DNA of 64,000 nt, from NCBI GenBank assembly GCA_964019335.1, contig OZ025745.1, positions 1-64,000 of the forward strand, read 5' to 3'. Both the position numbers and the translations under genes were made by a program. Origin of the DNA: Diplonema japonicum (lineage: Eukaryota > Protista > Euglenozoa: Diplonemea). Of the stretch, positions 43,401 to 53,985 are shown piece by piece; within the stretch, counting starts at the first letter, position 1; every line of letters starts with the position of its first letter. The notes under the pieces are model-generated. The model was not told where the DNA came from. It saw only the letters and a program-made list of their open reading frames with translations, and did no database searches.

Positions 43401-45738
43401 GGAGGAGCAAGCGGCGTGGGATGCAATTTGCAACTTCTGGAGGCACCAGGAGCGCACAACAGCTCAGAACATCAAGAACCTGTTGAAGAGGGAAGCGACA
43501 GCCTGCAAGGACCTGAGAAACGAGGAACAAGCTTCCTTCCAGCAGATCGTGTTGGGCAAGAAGAACGAGGCTGCGATGCGCAAAGGTCTGGAGGAAAGAG
43601 AGAGCACAGCACGCGCAGCGGTCATCAGGGAGCAGCTCCAAGAGCTGGACGGAATACATAAGATTCGCGACAGGCAATCAGAGGTGCGCCAGACTGTCGA
43701 AGCAAGCGAAGGCAAACCACGCAGCAAGATCGAAGCAATGGAAAGGGCAGAGTGGCAGGCAGTCTTGAATTCCAAGAGCGAAGCGTGGAAAAACGAGAGC
43801 ATTACAAAGCGAAAGAAGCAGCAAAGCACCTGGGTCCCCGACAGCCAAGTGACAGGGTGCGAAGAGTGCCATAAGAAATTCAGCTTCATCAAGAGAAGGC
43901 ACCACTGCAGGGCATGCGGCGGCGTGTATTGCAACTCTTGCAGCAATGCTCGAGCAGCGCTTCCCATCCACGGCCACGACAAGAAGGTTAGAGTGTGCGA
44001 TGCGTGCGCGAAGAATGATTTGTGGAAAATGGACGTCGAATCACCTGCTTGCTACTCGTGCGGAGCACACTTCGGCATCATGAGGAGGCGGCACCACTGC
44101 AGGTCATGCGGCCACCTATACTGCAGTTCTTGTACCAAACACAGGATCTCCTTAATAGATCTAGGACATGTGGGGCCACAACGAGTATGCAGTTCTTGCT
44201 ACCCTGAGGAGCTTGCACTGCTCGAGCAGAATGGTGCGGCTTGGGCTGCCTCCCCTCGCGCCATGGCACTCGGCCTCTCGTTCTGCAGCAGGCCTAGCTG
44301 CGACGAGGAGGACGCCTCACGCGCGTCGCCCATCTCTTTCATGACATACATCGACAACAACGACGACCTTGCGAAGAGGGCCATGGTGCGCAGGCAGAGC
44401 TGTGCCCAGCTGCATGAACGAAAAGATGCTATCCGCACAAGGAGAAGGAGCTTCAGAGAAGGATTCCCGACACTTAGCGATGACACCTTCACACCGGAGT
44501 CTCCACACCAAAACGGTACGCAATCACCACTACCTGCTCGGGAAGGGACGCCTGAGGCATCTGAAAAGGAAACCTTTTCTCAAACTGCAGTTCTTGAAGT
44601 GCAGGATGTACATGGCGTTGTGCCCACAGCCGAAGAGGCAGATCTCGAGACGGCTTTAGCGGAACCTGAGCCTGCCAAAGGACTCCCGGATACTCAGGTA
44701 CAAGAAGCAGCCGTGCAGGAAGATGTGATCCCCTCAGCTCCTCGTACCTTGGTGACAGAAGCAATGGAGGTACCTGAGACGCAGCAAGAAGTGATCGACT
44801 TTAAGGAGGAAGCGCCAAAAACCGAAGACGTGATTGAAGAAGACCCGGAGGCAACTGTGGAAGCTGCGACTCTTGAGGCTGAGACGCCTGTGGAAGCCGG
44901 GACTACGACACCTGTGGAGGCTGAGGCAGAAGTACCAGTGGAGGCTGAAATACAAGTGGAGGCTGAGGCTGAAGCACTTGTGGAAGCCGCGGTAACGACA
45001 CCTCTAGAGACTGAGGCAGAAGTACCAGTGGAGGCTGAAGCACCTGTGGAGGCTGAGGCAGAAGAATCTGTGGAGACTGAGGCAGAAGTACCAGTGGAGG
45101 CTGAAACACTAGTGGGGGCGGAGGCTGAAGTACCAGTGGGGTTTGACACACAAGTGGAGGCAGAGGCCGAAGCACTTGTGGAACCCGGGGCAACGACACC
45201 TGTGGAGACTGAGGTTGAAGTGCCAGTTGAGATTGAGGCAGAAGCACCTGTGGAAGCCGAGGCAACTGCACCTGTGGTGACTGAGGCTGAAGAACCTGTG
45301 GAAGCAGAGACAAGTGCCCCTTTGACTGAGAGAACTGAAGAACCTGTGGAAGCAGCGCAAACGGGTGAGCTTGACGTTGAAGGGCTTCAAAAGGAAGAAG
45401 AACAACAAAGGCATATTCCGGAGTCACTTCACGAAACCACTGTTATGGCAGAGGAGCCCAAGCAAGAAGAAGCTGAGGATGGCCTGCAGAACGGGGAGCA
45501 GCCCGACACGGCACAAGTGGTGGAACCTCTCGAGATGCCCCAAACAAAGGACCCCGAAACTTGCACGCCTGCTCCAGAAGCAACGCATGCTCAAGAGAAT
45601 CCCCCTGCTGGGGAGACAGCTAGCACCGAGACGGAAACTAAGATGAACGGGAAGGGAGATGGAAGGGGCGGCGCGGGTAGGGGTGGAAGAGGAGGAAACA
45701 AAAGAAAAAACCAGAAGAAAAAGGGAGGCCGCAGGTGA
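40456..45738 (+). CDS. Coiled-coil protein with two FYVE zinc fingers and an acidic repeat tail; probable in-frame intron at 43201-43245
   Basis: WVPD..C..C..F...RRHHCR.CG...C..C twice; PVEAEAE repeats. Confidence 0.88.
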   Translation: MNDLQPGMLVEVNGLTRDTTLNGEIGIIRELRTLGSGDAGALVDLDNGGSKLLRLQNLEEVEEEQQPQGMPTAVQPVMHQMPMQVMPTPDVYQWVDREVQLKMQHRQKEEEQNKEIEELKKKQAEMKKREEEMGMKQEEELKQKELDIQKEYDKALKDKEETIRKRQEAEAQKRMDELQKKEDEILKMRNMNIDEIVKKSVEKERQLLEEQHASEVRKQQEAAERQRKIDEEEIAKRREKILRGAEAEAALILQMQEEEIVKKEKAMQERQAKEEEEYRKKSEEEAMRLRGQDVDEMVNEKLQQELKELQKKHQEEIAIQNAAIEQQRRGDEEAAAERRKELLEKAEQEADRDRNEKMKFIQSMEEEMQQQHDAERKKNLEELNEFKRQAEQEALDLRSQDIEKLVSDQLALHEKRLAEKEQAMRQRQEDEAAKRLEEFETLSKCKENELLKMRDMDIDTLVEQTLEKEKKLLYAKHQSEFEKMKADAEELRAREAEAAAARREEVLMKAGEEAALILQMQEEEIVKKEKAMQERQAKEEEEYRKKSEEEAMRLRGQDVDEMVNEKLQQELKELRQKHQEEIAIQNAAIEQQRRGDEEAAAERRKELLEKAEQEAAEKVKKHSLVLNEMEKDMYARHEEEKQRNFEEIDAYKKKAEDDLNALIEEDVEKKVQERIQKESELLRKRHQEEADKILNAMKLDMQTRQQEEEASRLANFEAMKKRTEQEAMNLRNKDIDDIVDKTLETQKKVLADKHAEEESVLKKEIAVLKAARKQAAAQHHQALSAEMQSRVEHLRQSHTEAMMQITKRYQQDLTLAKEEDKERLTAKHDKELAVHEASITQAEHNMQQHADCEHLREQQETERVITQLEEDMHERQKRERISTLQEIENIREHPRDMTLNEPEAASRVAALVELKVCCIKRKKINVTTKQERQLAEQLQNQRHEMENTKDELLHVTTLGQQQKSERFIACQNETIARKAEREEEQAAWDAICNFWRHQERTTAQNIKNLLKREATACKDLRNEEQASFQQIVLGKKNEAAMRKGLEERESTARAAVIREQLQELDGIHKIRDRQSEVRQTVEASEGKPRSKIEAMERAEWQAVLNSKSEAWKNESITKRKKQQSTWVPDSQVTGCEECHKKFSFIKRRHHCRACGGVYCNSCSNARAALPIHGHDKKVRVCDACAKNDLWKMDVESPACYSCGAHFGIMRRRHHCRSCGHLYCSSCTKHRISLIDLGHVGPQRVCSSCYPEELALLEQNGAAWAASPRAMALGLSFCSRPSCDEEDASRASPISFMTYIDNNDDLAKRAMVRRQSCAQLHERKDAIRTRRRSFREGFPTLSDDTFTPESPHQNGTQSPLPAREGTPEASEKETFSQTAVLEVQDVHGVVPTAEEADLETALAEPEPAKGLPDTQVQEAAVQEDVIPSAPRTLVTEAMEVPETQQEVIDFKEEAPKTEDVIEEDPEATVEAATLEAETPVEAGTTTPVEAEAEVPVEAEIQVEAEAEALVEAAVTTPLETEAEVPVEAEAPVEAEAEESVETEAEVPVEAETLVGAEAEVPVGFDTQVEAEAEALVEPGATTPVETEVEVPVEIEAEAPVEAEATAPVVTEAEEPVEAETSAPLTERTEEPVEAAQTGELDVEGLQKEEEQQRHIPESLHETTVMAEEPKQEEAEDGLQNGEQPDTAQVVEPLEMPQTKDPETCTPAPEATHAQENPPAGETASTETETKMNGKGDGRGGAGRGGRGGNKRKNQKKKGGRR
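41200..42299 (+). repeat. Near-identical in-frame direct repeat of about 305 nt (41200-41504 and 41995-42299)
   Basis: [11 protein letters not shown]...KAEQEA is duplicated at an offset of 795. Confidence 0.88.
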
Positions 45739-46201
45739 CAAAGATGCAGACGTACTGTACTGTCTAATCTTTATCCCATCCCGTCCCCCCCCCGTTGATA
45801 ACATGAGACGAGTGCTGTAGTGCTTTTTTATCCTGCACTTTAAATTATCTAATTCCCCCCCTTTTTTTTTCTTTTCTCACCCTCCGTCTTTCACCGTTCC
45901 CTGCCTGGTTGCCGGGTCCACTTTTGATAGTGCGAGCGATGCAGCGGCCCCCTACTGTGTTTCACGCAATACCCCATTAGTTTCTGGTCCGTTTAGTACC
46001 TCCTTCTCCTACTCTTTGGGTCCTCTGCTAAGAGCCACTCGATGTTTTGGTGATTTTGTCAGTTCTATCTTTTAAAAAAAGATTTTTTTTTTAACACGGC
46101 TTATTCCGAGGGGAGGGGGGAGGGGGGGAGAAAGAGGCAAAAAGAAAAAAGGAAAAAGAAAAAAGTAAGCAATCCGATTGATTTCAACTGTGGTACTTGG
46201 G

Positions 46202-46236
<35 letters not shown>

Positions 46237-46682
46237 TTTTCTGGTTAAGGGGGACATTACCCCCCTCCTTTTTTTTTGACAATTTCATTCCCTGTCCCAG
46301 CTTTTTTTTTTTGAAGAACAATAAGAATGGGGGAAAGAAGATGAAAAAGAAAAAAGAAATCTAAACACAATAATTCACAATCAAAACTGTCACCCGACAC
46401 TTATTACCACTTCATTATTTTACCCCCTCCGTTTTTTTTTTTTTATTCTCTTTTCCTTCTTTTTTTTTTTCGATTACTCCACACCCCCTAATTATATGGG
46501 TTCACCCTCTTCTTTTTTATTTACTTGCTCGCTTTTTATCTTCTTCCTCAGGTTCTTTTTTTTTTTTTTTTTTTTTCCATTACTGTAAAACCGATAAAGT
46601 TCGCAACGCAATAACAAATACCCGGAAATCCCTTTAATTCCCGAAGAAAACGCATCTCTGGATCCGAACATTTTTTTTTTTT

Positions 46683-47253
46683 AGACCATTCCGACCGGGG
46701 AACCTCTTAACCCCGAAGCCTCTCCCTTGGTACCACGAGCATGGGCTGCAGAAGAAATACTTCCCAGGCCTAATCCCATTTGTCCTCAACTGGTTGAATG
46801 CCCTAAAATGGGGCGAGGAAGGCGGGCAAGTTTCTAAGGCGGAACTAGCAGTCGACCTCATTGCAACGGAAAGGCTCCACATGGGTGGGGAAGACATAGC
46901 GTGCTGGGCGAGAAAGCTCGGCAGGATTCTCAGCGTCTTAGAAAGGATCCATCTAAAAGGGACGGGGAATCATCTGATTCCGGCAGAAACTATGAAGTCA
47001 GTACACTCACTACGCACCCCAGGGCTCCACAGCCATGCCGTCACTGGTACTCCACTCGTCCGATCTTCGCGTCCCCGAAGGTCACCCACTCGATCCTAGA
47101 GGAGCAAATGCGAACGCATTGCATCCTCAACAACTCGCTAGTTGGTTTCACGCCCAAGCTGCTGATGAGAAACTACGACGGGCCTAAGGCACTACCACGA
47201 CGGGCCCAAGGCACTACCACGTCACATACTGCAGGTTCCCTTCAAAGACACCC
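46683..47253 (+). mobile_element. Degenerate 3' fragment of LINE family C
   Basis: WLNALKW..VSKAELAVDL..VHSLR..(frameshift) YSTRPIFASPKVTH aligns by eye with the C-termini of families A and B. It ends in GTCACATACTGCAGGTTCCCTTCAAAGAC plus a T-tract and carries a 22-nt tandem duplication at about 47175-47221. Confidence 0.75.
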
Positions 47254-47670
47254 TTTTTTTTCTTCTTTCTTTTTTAAACGAAACACCATTGTGATGAAGC
47301 AGCGTTGAAAAATCCTTAATCTTCGAACTTTTATCGGTTTTTTTTTTTTTTTTTTTTTTCCCGGCGAACTGGCAACAGGGGGCGTATGGAGCATTGGTGA
47401 ACAAGATATCATGGCCTTTGTTAATCGTGTCCTCTAGCTTACGGGCGAAAGATAAATGTCCCCCCCCCTCCCCGATCGTGAGGCCTATGGGTGTGGCACG
47501 CCATGTCTGAAACGTTTAGCTCCCTTGAAGCTCACCAGTGTGGGCGATGGCTGTGGCGATCGTTGCAAGAGCGCCTATAGGTAGTATTGGACGATTCAGT
47601 TAACAGAATAGTTTCTTTTTTTTTTTTTTTTTTTGACAGTATTCCAAAGAAAAAAAAAAGGAAAAAAAAA

Positions 47671-48297
47671 ATGGCCTACTACAGCAGCAAATCTTACTGG
47701 GACAGAAGGTACTCCTTGAACCAGCACCCTTACGAGTGGTATGTAGGGTACGATGACGTAAAGGAAGTAGTTGAGAAGTATATGAGGCAAGGCTGCAGGG
47801 TGCTTTTTGCAGGGTGCGGGAACAGCTTGATGGCTGAAGCTATGTATGACAACAGTTACACGGACCTCACGTGTGTGGACTTCAGCGAGACTATAGTAGA
47901 GTACATGGCCAAGAGGAAAGGTGGCAGGGAAGGGCTCCACTATGTGTGCCACGATCTGCGGGACCTCCCTATCCCCGACCGTACCTTTGACTGCATCATC
48001 GACAAGGCCACGCTCGACTCCGTCTTGTGCGGGCAGGAAACCCACACCACCCACCGATCCACGCAACGCTTGCTCACAGAGATTTCCCGTGTCCTTAAGG
48101 ACAACGGGACGTTTCTATGTATCTCTCATTCTCCAAAAGAGGAACGGCGGCTCCTCTTCGCACCGGATCTGAAATGGACCGTCGACGTGGAACGCATCCC
48201 GAAGCAGGAGGGTGTGGGCATCCTCGCAGAGGAGTACGAGCATGGCGATGAGCACCCCGACTACTTCGTCTACGTCTGCAAGAAAGGAAAACGGTGA
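47671..48297 (+). CDS. Class I SAM methyltransferase, METTL13/EEF1AKMT4-like
   Basis: YWDRRY..YEWY, GCGNS, VDFS, IIDKATLDS. Confidence 0.88.
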   Translation: MAYYSSKSYWDRRYSLNQHPYEWYVGYDDVKEVVEKYMRQGCRVLFAGCGNSLMAEAMYDNSYTDLTCVDFSETIVEYMAKRKGGREGLHYVCHDLRDLPIPDRTFDCIIDKATLDSVLCGQETHTTHRSTQRLLTEISRVLKDNGTFLCISHSPKEERRLLFAPDLKWTVDVERIPKQEGVGILAEEYEHGDEHPDYFVYVCKKGKR

Positions 48298-48475
48298 GGG
48301 GATATTTTAAAAGTTTAACGTTTTTTTTTTTTTTCTTTCTAGAAAAAAAAAGGGGGGGGGGGGGGGGTGATATTAATTTTTTTTTGTTTCTGCTTCAATC
48401 CGTTAAAATAAAAATAATAATAAAAAAAAAAAAAACCGACGTGAAAGAGCCACAGCAACCCAAGAGAGAGGGAGG

Positions 48476-48997
48476 ATGTCGATTTCTGGACGGCGTGTTG
48501 GGAAGTCCTATGAGGTGATGGACGAAAGGGGCGTCCAGCGTGTGATACAGCTCACCAAGTGGGGTGTGGACGGGGTGTGGTACGGGGAGATCAACCTGGA
48601 GGTCAGGTGCCAGGCAGGGGCAGTGGTCAGTGTGCAGGAGAGCAAAAGTGTTGACGGCCACCCTAGCTCCGGTTGGAATGAAGAGCAAAGATGGGACAGC
48701 GTCACACTTTACACTGTTCTACACCAGCCTGTCCAAGAGGGCTCCGAGATCACGATATTTTCTGCAATCAAAACACCAACTCAAGCACCTGTCTCGCACT
48801 ACGCTAAGAAGCTGCCGCATAAGACTGATGTGCTTCTCTTTAAGTTCGATCCAGAGTACCCTTATGAAATGGTATGTACAAAAAGAAAAAAAAAGGGGGG
48901 GGGAAGAAAAACACAGGAAGTCACAAGAACCGATCAGAACAACAGGAGAGTGGTCAGCACCCTGAGGAGGCACATCACTAACGGCAGCAAGCTGTGA
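48476..48997 (+). CDS. Hypothetical protein; probable in-frame intron at 48872-48916
   Basis: Coding-like ORF interrupted by a GTATGT..A/G-rich..CAG segment. Confidence 0.55.
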   Translation: MSISGRRVGKSYEVMDERGVQRVIQLTKWGVDGVWYGEINLEVRCQAGAVVSVQESKSVDGHPSSGWNEEQRWDSVTLYTVLHQPVQEGSEITIFSAIKTPTQAPVSHYAKKLPHKTDVLLFKFDPEYPYEMVCTKRKKKGGGRKTQEVTRTDQNNRRVVSTLRRHITNGSKL

Positions 48998-49771
48998 AGC
49001 GTATAGAGGGGGAGGACTGGAAGAATTCTACAAGGTGAAAGCTTTTAGATGTTTTGTCCCCCCCCCCCCCCCCCCCCCCCCCTGCACTGGCTTTTGAAAT
49101 ATTAAAAAAATAAAAAGAATATGGGGGAAATTCACGTAGTAGCGGGGAAAAAAAAAAATAGTACCCCTTAAAAAGGTTTTTCGATATTTCACTAAACGAC
49201 TTTTTTTTTTTTTTTTTTTGCTGGAACAAGTAAAACAAAATTTTGAAAAGAATTGTTATTGCAAAAAAAAGAGGAGAGCAGCTTGTTCGTTTATCCCAAC
49301 TGCAGGTGTCCCTACTGCAGGTGAAAACAGCTTTGCACAAACAACAACTAACCGACTCTTTTTTTTTCTTTCTTGGGATTAAGTGAGTTACTCTTTTTTA
49401 AAAAGTGCGACATAATAGGGGGTACCATTGTTCTAAAAAAGCTTTCCCTCCTCTGCGTTTTTTTGGGGGGGAGGGGAACACCAAAATCACTAACCAACGT
49501 GATTTTTTAATTATCTTTTAGTTTCTCACCCTCTAAACCCCCAAGAGTACTAATAAGTTGCTGTTCTTTAGTTCCTTTTTTTTTCTTCTTTTAAACCTCC
49601 ACCTCGTCTTAGCCACGGGCGGGAGGGGGGCACCTGAGGTGTTGAACCCTCGTCTGAAGAGCGCAGAGGGGAGCCGATAGCGGTGAGCTACTACAGCCAC
49701 TACCCGCTATTTTCTTTTTAAAAAATTAGCTTTCTCTCCAATTGTCCGCCCTTCCAAGCATCTTAGGGAAC

Positions 49772-51712
49772 ATGCATGATGAAGACAGCAGACGGCAGTT
49801 TGATGGCCGCTATGTAGAGGCCTGCAAGGAGCTGGGCATCCTGCCCGACGACGAGGTGCTGCAGACTGGACGGGATGCAACAAGCCTGAACCTGAACGGC
49901 AAAGGTGGCGGTGAGAAGGCCGTCGTTGCCCTCTCCAAAGCACTTCAAGGAAGAGGCTTCTTCAGAAGCATCACCATCAAGGACAGCTTCATGGGGTGCA
50001 GAGGTTCTGCGTCCCTCTGCAACGCGCTCCTCACGTGTCCTATACAGCCCGTCAAGATTGACCTCACAGGGGGGAACATTAAAGGGCAGGGCACTCTGCA
50101 TCTCGCGAATCTCATCCACCACACACCCCTCAAAGAGCTCGCCCTTGAATGGAACGGCACCGGCACCGACCCATCGTGCTTCGAGAACTTTATGAGTGCC
50201 ATCGGGACGTCTAGCACCCTTGCGTATCTCGACCTCAGGCACAACCACATCACAAGCAGCGAGTGTGGTTGCATTGCAGACATGCTGCGTATTAACCGCT
50301 CCCTCACCACCCTGGACCTCAGGTGGAACCAGATCACTCCGCAAGGTTCCTCTGCCCTCGCTGCGGGGATGTCCTGCAACACCACGCTCCTCGTCTTCCA
50401 CTTGTCTGGCAACGACGTGCAGTTCAGCGACCTAACCGCCATCGACGGCATTCTCAGCGTCAACAAGACACGTTTTCAGACCAACCCCATGATCAAGCAC
50501 GCTCACCATGGCTCTGCCTCTCCCGACGCTGCTTACAGGTGGGCACGGTCTGGTGTTGCACATATCATGTCCCCGAACGACAGGCTCTCCAAGAGGACGC
50601 AGTCCCCGATATACGACTCGCCAAGGCGTTCGCCCAAGGCCACCACTGATTATGTCCAATCGCCTGAACCACCTCACTTCAGCGAGTCGCGGCAGCTGCA
50701 ACTCGTTAGGCAGGAAACTCTGCAACAGCGCAACGAAGAGTTGGCTGCAGAGATGTCGGAGCTTAGGGAGCTCTTATCACAGCAGGAGAAGGTGGTCGAA
50801 ACCATGCAAGTGGAGAGGCTGAACCACAAGAGTGAGATAGATGCCAAGGACGACGAGGTGGAAGTGTTGGAGAAACGCGTGCAGCACTTGGAAGATCTTA
50901 AAACACAGACTGAGGAGATGATCAACACACGGGACATTGCAATGAACGTGCTGCGGGACAAAGCACAGTCGTACCAGGCCAGGTTGCAGGAGATGACGGT
51001 GCTGGCCAACGGGAGGGACTTAGAGGCGGTGGTGGAGGACATTCAGAAAGGGTATCAAGAAGAGCTTCAGGAAGAGAAAATGGAAATGCTGAAGAACTAT
51101 GCAAGGGAGCGAGAGCAGGCCATGATGGAACGGCAGGAGGAGGCAGCGGTGCTGAAGCACGACATCAGCATGCTGATGTCGAAGCTGGCAGAGAAAGAGA
51201 GTTTACTACAAAACATGACACAAGAGCAGAGGGAGAACGAAGAAAAAGAGATCGCAAGTACGCAGCTGCTTGACGATGCGAGGGAGAAGTATAGCGCGCT
51301 GATGATGACGTCTGACAACGAGCGCAGGCGGCTGCTGAAGAGGATCGATGACCTTGAGAATGACGTACAGCGGGCACTTGCACACTCTAAAGTGATTGAA
51401 GAGCGATTGGAGCAGGAGAGGGTGCAGAGCAAGACGACAGCATCCCATGCAATTATAGAAATAGAAGAAGAGATGGTTGCCTTGCGGAACGAAAAGAGAG
51501 ACGTCATAAGGCAGCTGACCAGAAGCCGTGAACAATCCCAGCAGCTGCAGGCCAACAACGAGGAGCTCCAAAGCAAAGTGAAGCGCATGAAGGACGACCA
51601 GAAACACTTCCAGCAGCGCCTAGAGCAGCGGGTCAGCGAACAAGTGCGCGCGCTCATCGACAACTACAGCATGCCATTCAACACACTCAACAGAACAAAA
51701 AATATAGATTAG
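49772..51712 (+). CDS. RNI-like LRR + coiled-coil protein (LRRC45-like)
   Basis: LALEWN, LDLRHNHI and LDLRWNQI repeats followed by a long coiled coil. Confidence 0.78.
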   Translation: MHDEDSRRQFDGRYVEACKELGILPDDEVLQTGRDATSLNLNGKGGGEKAVVALSKALQGRGFFRSITIKDSFMGCRGSASLCNALLTCPIQPVKIDLTGGNIKGQGTLHLANLIHHTPLKELALEWNGTGTDPSCFENFMSAIGTSSTLAYLDLRHNHITSSECGCIADMLRINRSLTTLDLRWNQITPQGSSALAAGMSCNTTLLVFHLSGNDVQFSDLTAIDGILSVNKTRFQTNPMIKHAHHGSASPDAAYRWARSGVAHIMSPNDRLSKRTQSPIYDSPRRSPKATTDYVQSPEPPHFSESRQLQLVRQETLQQRNEELAAEMSELRELLSQQEKVVETMQVERLNHKSEIDAKDDEVEVLEKRVQHLEDLKTQTEEMINTRDIAMNVLRDKAQSYQARLQEMTVLANGRDLEAVVEDIQKGYQEELQEEKMEMLKNYAREREQAMMERQEEAAVLKHDISMLMSKLAEKESLLQNMTQEQRENEEKEIASTQLLDDAREKYSALMMTSDNERRRLLKRIDDLENDVQRALAHSKVIEERLEQERVQSKTTASHAIIEIEEEMVALRNEKRDVIRQLTRSREQSQQLQANNEELQSKVKRMKDDQKHFQQRLEQRVSEQVRALIDNYSMPFNTLNRTKNID

Positions 51713-51851
51713 AACCCAACCTTTTAGAAACCCCCTTTATTTTTGTATCTTTTATCTTTTTTTTATTTTTTGCGTGCAGCCAAGCATCTTTCAAAACTCT
51801 CCGTCTGCTGCCACTCATGCGTATTAGGGACTGAATTACATAAGGGTGTTG

Positions 51852-52448
51852 ATGGCAACCCTATCGGCGTGGTATGCAGCACTGCCTACCATCACAAGGT
51901 GGCATCTTACTGTACTTGTAAGCACTGCAGTGATGGTGCAAGTGGGGCTGGTGCATGAGAGGAACATAGCGTTCAGTATGCAGCAGGTGATGCGGGGCCA
52001 GGTGTGGCGGGTGTTGACGGCGTTCGCTTTTGTCGACAGGCTTGGCATGGGGTTCATGCTTTACTTGCAAACACATTTCTTCATGGGGCTGGCCTTGGAG
52101 GGAAACAAGAAAACCATGCAACACGCCTATTTCTATCTGCTGGTCATCCCGTTCATCATCTGCACCATCATCCTTACTAGCACAAGGACCCCCTTCCTTG
52201 CGCCTTCCCTCTACACGGCTATCATGTTATACTACTCCAAACTCCACCCTGACATGCCCGTCTCTATCATGGGGCTCATCGTCATCCCGGGACGGCAGCT
52301 TGTGTGGTGGTCGTTCTGCTTCCAGGTGATCACCGGCCAACCCATGTCCGGCATGCTCGTCGGCTTGTTCTGCTCTGTCGTCCTTTGGTACAGCGAGGTG
52401 ACCAAACACCCACCTGCTGTTTTCCAGCAGGCTTTGGAAGGTTTTTAA
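51852..52448 (+). CDS. Derlin (Der1-like) family membrane protein
   Basis: P.ITR, GQVWRVLTAF, ALE, PFL..SL, SK.HP...VSIMG. Confidence 0.8.
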   Translation: MATLSAWYAALPTITRWHLTVLVSTAVMVQVGLVHERNIAFSMQQVMRGQVWRVLTAFAFVDRLGMGFMLYLQTHFFMGLALEGNKKTMQHAYFYLLVIPFIICTIILTSTRTPFLAPSLYTAIMLYYSKLHPDMPVSIMGLIVIPGRQLVWWSFCFQVITGQPMSGMLVGLFCSVVLWYSEVTKHPPAVFQQALEGF

Positions 52449-52473
52449 TCATCACAGAACAGAAGATACAAAG

Positions 52474-52782
52474 ATGCATGACATCGAAGGCCGACAGGGT
52501 TGCTCGAGCCAATGTTCTAGAAGACACAAGTTTAACGACACGTGTCTGCGGTGCGGGCAGCCATGGAAGGAGCACTCGGGGCACAACTGCAAAAGCGGGG
52601 ATCGGGGCTCATGGGAGGATGAGAGGATGAGGGCGAGCACGGACAAGACCGAAACACAAAAGCCGTTCGCGTGCTTCGCGGTGGTAGCGATGGCAATGCT
52701 GCTTGTGATGCTGGTGGCGATGCTTCTGACATTGCTTGTCGTAGAACGAGCTACAAGCCAACGGGTAGTCTTCGAAGAATAG
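52474..52782 (+). CDS. Small hypothetical protein with a Cys/His motif and a C-terminal TM
   Basis: CSSQC..H....CLRCGQPWKEHSGHNC, then a hydrophobic tail. Confidence 0.45.
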   Translation: MHDIEGRQGCSSQCSRRHKFNDTCLRCGQPWKEHSGHNCKSGDRGSWEDERMRASTDKTETQKPFACFAVVAMAMLLVMLVAMLLTLLVVERATSQRVVFEE

Positions 52783-52834
52783 TAGTGGTATTGTTTGGCG
52801 CACTTCCCTTTGGCTATGATTGTATAGGTTACAC

Positions 52835-53923
52835 ATGACAGATGATGCAGCTCACACCTGTTTCCCAGTTCCCTTGCGTAGGAAGAATACCACCTCAGAA
52901 GTTCCCGCCACACGGTTCTTCAGCAGCTTGGATGAGAGTGTCGAGCAGTTCGATGCTGAGTACAAGAAAGCCGTCGCCCTGCTGCGTGTGAAGGAGAAGT
53001 GCAGAGACGATGTGATGTCATGGGTGCGGCAGAAGGTGCCTGTGACAGTCGACCCCGAGACCACGTGCATCACGGAAGACGAGAAGAACCTCATCCACTG
53101 CAGGAATGAAGAGCGGGCAGCAGCATCGCAAGCCGCCATTCAAAAGCTTGACGCACAGCGCAAGGCCGGCTATGCCAGCCATACGTCGTCCGACGTATCA
53201 AGCGATTCTGATACACCACAGCTCGTGCAGGATAGCCACGACACTGTGGGCACTGTGGAGAGCTATCTAGTGAAAAAGAGATACAAAGCTGATAAGAAGA
53301 AAAGAAACAATGAACTTGCCTTGCAAGCAATTGAAGCACTCAAGCAGGAAGCTCTGCGTGGCAAGACACGCGACATTGAAGATCGCAACATGGGGATCCT
53401 GATACGGGGGTGTGAGAACGTGAGGGGTGCAAGGCAGAGGTGGCGTGAAAGGCGTCAGGCGGCAGCACCGCAAAAGGAGCAAAACCACAAAAAAGACGAA
53501 GTGAGCGCCAGACAACACGAAGCGAGACACCACATGCAAGAGGACAGCAGGCTGTGGGACGAGTGCTTCAAGCGTGAGATGCAGCGGGTGAAGAGTGATA
53601 TGAAGAGTAAAAAAGAAGAGGAGAGGATCGCAAAAATCATGAAAACGAAACCTGTATTCAGCCCTTTGGCATCACCTACAACGCGAAGAGCACAACGAGA
53701 ACAAGCCCAGAATGAGCCGATGGCCAGCCCGTCGCCCTCTACCGCAAGTTCCTCCCTCTCTGCATCGTGTAGCTCCTCTGTCGCCAAACTAATGCAACGC
53801 AGGGACGATGAAGACTATGAGCAATATTTGCGAGCGGAAGCTCTGCGAAGGGCTAGGGACGCCGTGCTGAGCGCCGACGTGGGGTTCGTTGATAAGCAGG
53901 CTAAGTTATGTTTTCAGTTTTGA
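52835..53923 (+). CDS. Hypothetical coiled-coil protein
   Basis: Long ORF with coding-like composition. Confidence 0.65.
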   Translation: MTDDAAHTCFPVPLRRKNTTSEVPATRFFSSLDESVEQFDAEYKKAVALLRVKEKCRDDVMSWVRQKVPVTVDPETTCITEDEKNLIHCRNEERAAASQAAIQKLDAQRKAGYASHTSSDVSSDSDTPQLVQDSHDTVGTVESYLVKKRYKADKKKRNNELALQAIEALKQEALRGKTRDIEDRNMGILIRGCENVRGARQRWRERRQAAAPQKEQNHKKDEVSARQHEARHHMQEDSRLWDECFKREMQRVKSDMKSKKEEERIAKIMKTKPVFSPLASPTTRRAQREQAQNEPMASPSPSTASSSLSASCSSSVAKLMQRRDDEDYEQYLRAEALRRARDAVLSADVGFVDKQAKLCFQF

Positions 53924-53985
53924 TGTCCTGATATCCCTCCCCCCTTTTTGTATGCCAGTGGTTTCACTCCGCACCACAGGTTATA

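Noticed and set aside
49654-49700. Hammerhead ribozyme core (CTGAAGA)
   Set aside because: No properly placed stem II plus GAAA; the core is incomplete.
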